DNA from: Histomonas meleagridis 2922-C6/04-290x
Lineage: Eukaryota > Protista > Parabasalia
Length of the DNA stretch: 52,589 nucleotides
NCBI GenBank assembly: GCA_020184695.1
Contig: JAANOX010000107.1
Location: forward strand, 1 to 52,589
Reading direction: 5' to 3'
Notes under the pieces: generated by a model
Told to the model about the DNA's origin: nothing
What the model saw: the letters and a program-made list of their open reading frames with translations, nothing else
The model's database searches: none
Position numbers and translations under genes: made by a program
Shown here: piece after piece, positions 45,738 to 52,589 of the stretch
Layout: each line of letters opens with the position of its first letter
Position numbering within the stretch: the stretch's first letter is position 1

Positions 45738-45801
45738 TTATAGGGTACGTACCCTATAATTTATATATTTATATTACGTTTGTCTACGTAGACAGACGTA
45801 A
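45738..45801. repeat. Two TACGTA-centred palindromes
   Basis: Perfect 22-bp ttatagggtacgtaccctataa at 45738-45759. Perfect 14-bp tgtctacgtagaca at 45781-45794, which extends to 45774-45801 with one mismatch. Confidence 0.9.
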
Positions 45802-46351
45802 CTGTTGAAATATATCTCCAAACAGAATGATTGCCATATGCTTTTTGCTTACAATTTCTGTAATTATACCTGTTCATAAAGGACGTAGACGTAATAATAT
45901 ATATTTATCGTTAGAAACATAGCTGTCAACGTATAGCTGTTGAAATATATTTCTTATTAATATCTCCTAACAGATTTGCATATATATTTATTGTCCGTCT
46001 TTGTCTTTGATAAATGACTTCACGGTTTAGGACCTAAAACAAACGAGTTCATCGAGGACAACAAGAGATTCCGACAGTTTCCAACGTACTTTTGAACTGT
46101 CGATAATAGCTGTTAAAAATCTCTATTTTAACGGCATGCTGCTTATTTGCTTTTAAAATATTGCTTATCAATATCACTCATTATTTGAGTAGTATTTCCA
46201 CGTGAATAGCTTGCTGGAATGATGTCTTTATAAAATTTTTCGCCAGGGACTATAAACAATACAGTATATTTGTTTTTGGCCTTGTCATGTGTTTGCAAAT
46301 TTAGGCCTGTGATGAAGGTCGTCTACAATAATTCATATATATCAAGTGCTA

Positions 46352-46990
46352 TTATTATTCCCTATACATATTCGTCAAGTAAGAGACTTTACACAAAAGT
46401 TTAATGGTGATAAGAAGTCGATTGATACTGCTGCTACAATTGGTGTTAGGCAATGTGATACATTATTTGCAGTGTTCCTTGTGAATCAATATAGCAGAAC
46501 ATGTTTTCTGAATCCACTATAAGTTATAGATTTAATATTGATGGTAAAATGTGTGGGAAGAATTATATCACAGTAGATAATGATAAAAATATTAATATGT
46601 AACTGAGTAGTGTTAATTTAAATGGTAGCTTGTTAAGTAGTCTTAACAAAGGTTTGAAAACATCTGTACAGCCATATTATAAGAATACTTATAACGCTAA
46701 TGGTGTTAATACTCAATTAAAAGTATAACAAGGTAAAGATCAAGATAACTTCTTCATAGGATTACCATTTGCAAAATCTGATAATTTATTAGGCGGCATT
46801 TCAACATATACTATATAGATATAACTGCATGGAAATCGTGTGAATACTGATAATAATTTAGCTACAAGTGCTAATGCTTCGCCATTAGGTATATTATTAG
46901 AATGCTATTTTTAAGTTGTGTTCTATTAAACCAGATTATAATCTATAGGTCACAAATTGAAATAACTAATTCATTAGTAGAACAAGTTAT
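46352..46990 (+). pseudogene. Remnant of a Maverick-type major capsid protein, C-terminal part (tentative)
   Basis: Conceptual translation across two frameshifts: LLFPIHIRQVRDFTQKF..CDTLFAVF..RTCFLNP..YRFNIDGK..DNFFIGLPF..GGIS..PLGILLE..PQIEITNSLV. It resembles, from memory, trichomonad Maverick capsid proteins and needs an HMM check. Confidence 0.5.
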
Positions 46991-47018
46991 TACCTTATTA
47001 CGTTAAAAATATATATAT

Positions 47019-47366
47019 TTATAATTGTTTGTCTGCATTCTCATCATGCGCTGTTATATATGAATTATCATTTTTAATATCGACATCAATCTTTTCATCA
47101 GGTATTGGTTATATAAATATTGTAATATACATAGATGATAATAAATGAAATCCTTGCATATTAGCATCTACTAATTTTGATTCTAAGTGTGATAAATCAC
47201 TATAATTACTTAATACTTCAAAGTCAGCATTATTAACAATAATCGGATAATTATTATTACAAGAGTTATCGATTCTAAGTATTATTTTTGATATATTGAT
47301 GTTATCATTCAAATTTCTGTAGCTACTTTTACCTACATTACTTACAACATATGATACATATGTCAA
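47019..47366 (-). pseudogene. Small element-associated ORF remnant with one in-frame TAA (47109-47111)
   Basis: The 85-aa ORF continues in frame for 29 more codons after the TAA (PIPDEKIDVDIK...DKQL). Confidence 0.45.
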
Positions 47367-47559
47367 TAAAAAGTTTCCTACAAAGTCACAAAATATCTAA
47401 TATTATTTTTCATTAAAAATCATCATACTGTTAAAAAAAGGGATGTGCGAATTCGAATTTTAAAATACTCACTCTATACCTCATCTACGTCAAAACAACT
47501 TGCATGTGATAATTTAATCAAACTATAAATATTTTTTTTAAAGATATCTGGGAACAATC

Positions 47560-47757
47560 CTATATCAGATATAGTTCTTTTCGAATCTTTTGATATCGAT
47601 TTAACTGAACGCGAATACCATTCTGAGCTAATGAGTACTTCTTATGTATAGATACGATTAAAGCATTATTTAATAACACCTCATTCTTATTACTGATTCT
47701 ATTGAAGTTGTTATCTATTTTCTTTAACTTTCTATATATAGACTCATACTTACGCAT
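47560..47757 (-). CDS. Small basic hypothetical protein (element-associated)
   Basis: 65-aa ATG-initiated K/R-rich ORF, head-to-head with 47834. Confidence 0.35.
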   Translation of the reverse strand: MRKYESIYRKLKKIDNNFNRISNKNEVLLNNALIVSIHKKYSLAQNGIRVQLNRYQKIRKELYLI

Positions 47758-47833
47758 TATTTATTTCGAAATAAAAACATAGTATTTATAATTATAAATA
47801 AACGATTGTTTTAATATTTTTTATCATATTAAT

Positions 47834-48091
47834 ATGGAATCATTCAATGGTTATTTGTTAAGTGACTTTGACAGTCTTAATTATAAGGCTATAGATATTA
47901 AATTTAAGCATTCTGAGAAACTTGGTATTGATAAGAAAACTAAAGAACCATATATTAGACACACTATATTAGTAAATATGAAGTTCTATGATCAAAACCT
48001 CAAATTATTAAGTGCTGTTTACATTAAGTTTGACAATGTTAAGTTGGCTCCTGTTCGTGCGAAGAAATTAAAGAACATATCACCAGACTAG
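47834..48091 (+). CDS. Small hypothetical protein (element-associated)
   Basis: 85-aa ATG-initiated ORF with protein-like composition (SDFDSLNYKAIDIKFKHS..MKFYDQNLKLLS). Confidence 0.5.
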   Translation: MESFNGYLLSDFDSLNYKAIDIKFKHSEKLGIDKKTKEPYIRHTILVNMKFYDQNLKLLSAVYIKFDNVKLAPVRAKKLKNISPD

Positions 48092-48894
48092 CTTAATAAT
48101 ATATAAATTCTATCAATAATTATCGTAAAACTTTTAATATCACATCAGATAGTGATCATAAAAATGAACTTGATGAAAATATTATTAAACTAACTATGTC
48201 TCTCAATTTGATATTATCATCTGCAATAATGAATCAACTTTTGAATGATATACTTTAGATATTTAGCTTTTAATATGATTCATCTTATCTCTAAATTGTG
48301 GATCAATTATGATATTTTTTCGAATCGTGCAGAATAAACCGTTCAAGTATTTATAAAAGACCTTATTATATCGATATTATTATTACTAAATATACCGCTT
48401 GCTTTATTTTATATTGCTATTGATCAACTGATAAACTCACATTCTTATTAATCATTCATCATATGATGTCTAGGAATTGCAAAACTTTTGGAAAAATATA
48501 CCATAAGTTATATTTGTCATCGTTTTTTTTAACATAGATTTTACTTACATAAGTATCACTCATGCAGCAATATGTCTCATGAATAGCTCTTAACAGCTCT
48601 ACTTATGAAGTATCTGTCAATAGTTGTATTAATTTGATTAACTTATTATCATCAGCAATTATATATTTATTATCTATAAATGGGTTGTTTTCAATGATAT
48701 CTGAGCACATTATCCTGAAGTTAATGAGAAAACATCAAAAATAATTCCATAAGGAACTGAACTTAATACAGATAAACACACACACAGTACACTTCCACTT
48801 CGTTTCGGTGTGCACTTCGCTTTCGCTCGGTGTGTGCTCTCAGCTCACTAGCGTTCGCTTCGAGAAAAAAAAATAACATATATAATTAACTGTT

Positions 48895-49150
48895 GAAAAT
48901 ATAAGGTTTTGAAAATATAAGTATTTAAAAGTTGAATTTTTTACATATATATTCCTAACATGATAATGATAATTCAATTACTTTGAAAATATAGATGTTG
49001 AAAATATAGATGTTGAAAATAGAGGTTTTTGAAAATATAGATGTTGAAAATATATACTTTGAAAATATAAGGTTTTGAAAATATAAGTATTTAAAAAGTT
49101 GAATTTTTAACATATATATTCCTAACATGATAATGATAATTCAATTTATA
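48895..49150. repeat. TTGAAAATA-based tandem array with a duplicated block of about 85 bp
   Basis: About 15-nt units (ttgaaaatatagatg). The block ttgaaaatataaggttttgaaaatataagtatttaaaagttgaatttt..catatatattcctaacatgataatgataattcaatt occurs twice. Confidence 0.85.
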
Positions 49151-49847
49151 TGAAAAATTATATTTTTTTGATGTTCTCTTGTTCCTATTTGTTCTGAGGG
49201 GAACAACATTATTATAAAAGTTGAGGGCACAAGGCAAAAAGGCACAAAGACAAACGGCAAAATGCTTTATGCTTAGTAAATAATTTTCTATAATTATATA
49301 TTCTCATGTAAGAACTAGGAAAGAACAATACCATAATATATTGAATTATTAGGGGGATGTTTGTAAATATACGTCGAAAATAAGCTGTTATCGTTGCCAA
49401 TTTGCCAAAATTGTGTGCCCAATTGCCCTGTGCCCCTAACTTTTAAGGTAATATCATGAACCCGAGTACAAACAAGAACAAGGGGAACATCCAAAATACT
49501 ATGAAATTCAAGGTGATTTACCATACTTTTTGACCATAAATATTAATTAAAAATAATAATTTCTTAATATAAGAACTCAAAAAACAGCATTATTTACGGT
49601 CTGGGCACAAAAATAAGGCTTTTTAAGGCTATATACGTCAAAAATGAGGCTTTATAAGTTGATTTTTAAAAATAAATCTTTGAATTGTGCCCTTATGCCT
49701 TTGTGCCTCTAAAAACTCAACTGGAGTTGTAGAACCGGGAACATTTAAGAACAAGGGAGAACAAGGGAACATTGATTTTAAAAATAATTTCTTTTTGAAA
49801 TGAGGTTATTTAAGATATTTGATTTTGTAATTATATGTTTGAAATTA

Positions 49848-50090
49848 TTATTGTTAGAAATTATTGTTAGAAATTATTGTTAGAAATTATTGTTAGAAAA
49901 ATAAATTGCTTGAAAATAGTTGTTGAAAAATAAATTGCTTGAAAATAGTTGTTGAAAAATAAATTGCTTGAAAATAGTTGTTTAAAAAATAAATTGCTTG
50001 AAAATAATACTGCTTATTATTATTGTTTGAAAAAATAGATGTTGAAAAATAATACTGCTTATTATTATTGTTTGAAAAAATAGATGTTGA
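49848..50090. repeat. Three-tier tandem array upstream of the primase ORF
   Basis: 13-mer ttattgttagaaa x4 (49848-49899), 29-mer aaaaataaattgcttgaaaatagttgttg x3 plus a partial copy (49897-50000), 45-mer x2 (50001-50090). Confidence 0.9.
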
Positions 50091-50170
50091 AAAATAATAT
50101 GACTTTTTTTCCAAGAAAAAGACAGTGTTTTTAAAATATTGTTTTATTTTTTTTTTATTATATAAATAAT

Positions 50171-50494
50171 ATGGAGCAACAAGTGGCACAAGAAGTATAT
50201 GTCGAAAATAATGAAAATATCCTAAAAATTGATGAAAAAGCTTTAGATGAATATATTGCAGAAGAATATGGTTGTGGCTTAACTTTAAAACAACGTATTG
50301 GTGATAATACTATTAATTTAACTAATTATAATAAACATGATCAACAAAAATCTGGTAGAAAAACAGGTACTGCTTTATTAAATAATAAAGTAAATAATTT
50401 ATCTGTTATAGATATTGATATAAATAAAGAATTAGATAATGATACTAAAGATAAAATACGTAATAATATTTTGTCTAAGTTATCTGATGATGAT
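50171..50494 (+). CDS. N-terminal part (108 aa) of a prim-pol type primase
   Basis: GTALL..NNLSVIDIDINK carries the hhhDxD motif of AEP-type primases. The ORF runs on for 29 further codons to 50584 without the expected TxxGGxH motif. Confidence 0.65.
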
Positions 50495-50615
50495 ACCGTA
50501 ATAACAGTAAAAATAAACAGTATGATTATTGGAAAAATAACTTCAATAATTGATAATAATACAGTATCTGTTTTTAAAGGATAAACAAAAATAATATATT
50601 TGAAATCTCTTATTT

Positions 50616-52589
50616 TTAATCATCATTTTCGTCAATATGTTCTGTTTGATGATATATATTTTTATACTCATCCTTTAGAAAGTAACAATAACATAATTCG
50701 CTTTCTCTACGGACTCTTTTTCTATAACACTTATCTTTTAATTGAAGTTGAAAAGTCCTCATTTTAATCTCATAAGGTTTATTAAATAATGCTTCACTAC
50801 AAAGCCAACCCTCACATAATTTATTATAATTATCACAAATAAATTGTTCTACAGTATTTCTTGATGCTTCTATTAAATCTTTTTTAGCTTCTGTTTCGGG
50901 TATAATTCTAGGGTTATAATTATTAATATCTCTATTCATAAAATATGTTAATAAATGATTATAAAACTCAGGAGTAAAACTGTTATATATTTTTGTCCAA
51001 AAATCATGATTATTTTTATATTTTCCATTACATAATAATACAACATATCTTCTGTCATCTGATTCAATTTTAATTGGATAACTGTTATTAGTAACAAATA
51101 TACAATTAGAAACGTTCTCGCTAGTTCTTCTAGGTTGATTTTTTTCATTAATTCTAATAGTTTTATCAGTAATAATTGATTTTAAAGCATCAAAATTAGC
51201 AAGTCTGTCTTCACCAACATTTTTTAATTCATTTAATACTAATAACATCTTACTTTCAACAACACTGTTAAAATTACCTGTTAATTCACCTATTTGATTA
51301 ATATTTTTTTCACTATATCCGCTTAATAATTCACAAATAACGTCAGTAAATGTATTCTTACCAATACCTTGCAATCCTTTTAAAACAATTGCAGTTTCAG
51401 TTTTTTTACCGGGATTTTGTATTATATAAGATATCCAATTTAACAAATAGTTATATACATCATTATTATTATCAGCAATTACTTCTTTAATCATATTTAA
51501 GAAATCACTTATTAAAGAAATATCAATATTTTCAACAACATTATATTTATAACCTTGAAATATTGAGAACACATCTTTTTCATTATTACTATAGAATTTA
51601 ACACCTTTAATTGTTAATTTAGATTTATAAGCTAAAAATGCATCATATGCAGTGATAATTCTTTTACCATCTTTCCAAAGTTTAATCATTTTAAGCATTT
51701 CTTTCATATTAGTATTTGTCATATAACCAATTACATATTTATTATTGTGTATATCATATGTTTTAATAATAAACATTAAATTATTGCTTTCTACAAATCT
51801 AATTACTTTTGATAAATCCTCGATAACTTCATTATAACATTTATATATATGTTTTTCAGCTTTAGAACTGATATTTGTCATAGTAAATTTATCATTAAGA
51901 TCAATTTTATGTATTATATTTTCATCAGCATTATTTTTAATGAATTTTTTGTAGTAATCTTCATTATAAAGTTTAATTATTTTAATTAATATTCCATAAT
52001 GAGTTTGTAAATTCATATATCTGGTTTTAGCTTTATCATAATTTGATTTAGCACTTGGAGTTAAATTACAATTATTATATACATAATCATAAGCTTCATC
52101 AATAACTTCATCAGGTAAACTGTTAATAGCTTGAAATAGCACATATAACGTAATTTCTTGTGATAAAGGTCTGTTATCTGCATCATTATGTATTTCAAAA
52201 CCTTCTAATCCATGAATTAATGTTCTAGCAAATTCAACAGTAATATTATCAGAATTATTATACATTTTAACAATATCTTTAATTTCTTGAGGTTGTTCAA
52301 CAGTAATTTTAACATCTAAATCTTTCAATACATCATTAACAGATCTTATAATTTCATTATCATAATTACCCCTAATAAATTCATATGTAGATATAGGTGA
52401 TTTATGATCTTTTCTAACTTTAGATCCTGGTAAAACTACTAATGAACGTTTTGTCTCATCAACTTTTGAAAATATATCAATATCATAATCATTTGATTCA
52501 TAACATTTAACCATACGATTATTTGTAGCATAAAATTCTTCAGTATTACAATATATATGTAAACCTCCAGAAGCTGTTTTAACAATGAT
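50616..52589 (-). CDS. Prim-pol C-terminal half + D5-like superfamily 3 helicase (5' end open at the window edge)
   Basis: The frame is open from 52589: IIVKTASGGLHIYCN (primase His motif), Walker A GLQGIGKNTF, Walker B LLVLNE, motif C IFVTNN and Arg finger DDRRY. Confidence 0.88.
   Translation of the reverse strand: MIVKTASGGLHIYCNTEEFYATNNRMVKCYESNDYDIDIFSKVDETKRSLVVLPGSKVRKDHKSPISTYEFIRGNYDNEIIRSVNDVLKDLDVKITVEQPQEIKDIVKMYNNSDNITVEFARTLIHGLEGFEIHNDADNRPLSQEITLYVLFQAINSLPDEVIDEAYDYVYNNCNLTPSAKSNYDKAKTRYMNLQTHYGILIKIIKLYNEDYYKKFIKNNADENIIHKIDLNDKFTMTNISSKAEKHIYKCYNEVIEDLSKVIRFVESNNLMFIIKTYDIHNNKYVIGYMTNTNMKEMLKMIKLWKDGKRIITAYDAFLAYKSKLTIKGVKFYSNNEKDVFSIFQGYKYNVVENIDISLISDFLNMIKEVIADNNNDVYNYLLNWISYIIQNPGKKTETAIVLKGLQGIGKNTFTDVICELLSGYSEKNINQIGELTGNFNSVVESKMLLVLNELKNVGEDRLANFDALKSIITDKTIRINEKNQPRRTSENVSNCIFVTNNSYPIKIESDDRRYVVLLCNGKYKNNHDFWTKIYNSFTPEFYNHLLTYFMNRDINNYNPRIIPETEAKKDLIEASRNTVEQFICDNYNKLCEGWLCSEALFNKPYEIKMRTFQLQLKDKCYRKRVRRESELCYCYFLKDEYKNIYHQTEHIDENDD

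Larger units (their letters stand above)
45060..52589. mobile_element. Degenerate Maverick/Polinton-like endogenous virus segment (runs past the window end)
   Basis: Abrupt change from host genes to short or decayed ORFs, GC-richer repeat modules, palindromes, a capsid-like remnant and a prim-pol/D5-like SF3 helicase. No integrase or pPolB was recognised in the window. Confidence 0.7.

Noticed and set aside
46600-47111. Host genetic code with TAA/TAG=Gln
   Set aside because: Intact host genes end in TAA or TAG (e.g. 3729, 7062, 16736, 33387) and use CAA for Gln.
175-51148. Short shadow ORFs (e.g. 175-363, 4608-4790, 9521-9847, 12615-12812, 25298-25513, 43317-43526, 49893-50189, 50948-51148)
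   Set aside because: They overlap well-supported genes or tandem repeats in other frames or strands and show no motifs; such ORFs are expected by chance.
1-52589. rRNA, tRNA or telomeric repeats
   Set aside because: None recognised by eye. A tRNAscan-SE or Infernal run would be needed to exclude small RNAs.

Overview
AT-rich eukaryotic DNA with compact, apparently intron-poor genes. The gene families (DUF3447-type ankyrins, BspA-like LRR, multi-TM PAS adenylate cyclase, 7TM-RGS, Sel1 repeats, mariner, Maverick-like remnant) point to a parabasalid (trichomonad) protist; this is inference, with no database search run. Intact genes: PPPDE/DeSI peptidase, exportin-1-like, EFM7/NNT1-like methyltransferase, Furry/Tao3-like protein, 7TM-RGS, thioredoxin-fold protein, transmembrane adenylate cyclase, C9orf72-like DENN protein, two coiled-coil proteins and exportin-7-like. 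Degenerate items: a Sel1 gene, a BspA gene, ankyrin remnants, a mariner element and a Maverick/Polinton-like segment at 45-52.6 kb. The most unusual signal is in the ankyrin genes. Each ankyrin repeat is interrupted at the same position by an AT-rich insert with no usable GT-AG or AT-AC ends, while the coding pieces between inserts stay stop-free and are multiples of 3 nt. In the 37.2-40.2 kb gene all ten inserts are 8+20n nt long and each breaks the frame or contains a stop; removing them gives one 754-aa ORF. This suggests a non-canonical removal mechanism (splicing, ribosomal bypass or DNA excision). Second, a primase-helicase gene is split across opposite strands, and the halves join in frame exactly at the window end. 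All coordinates and counts were read by hand.
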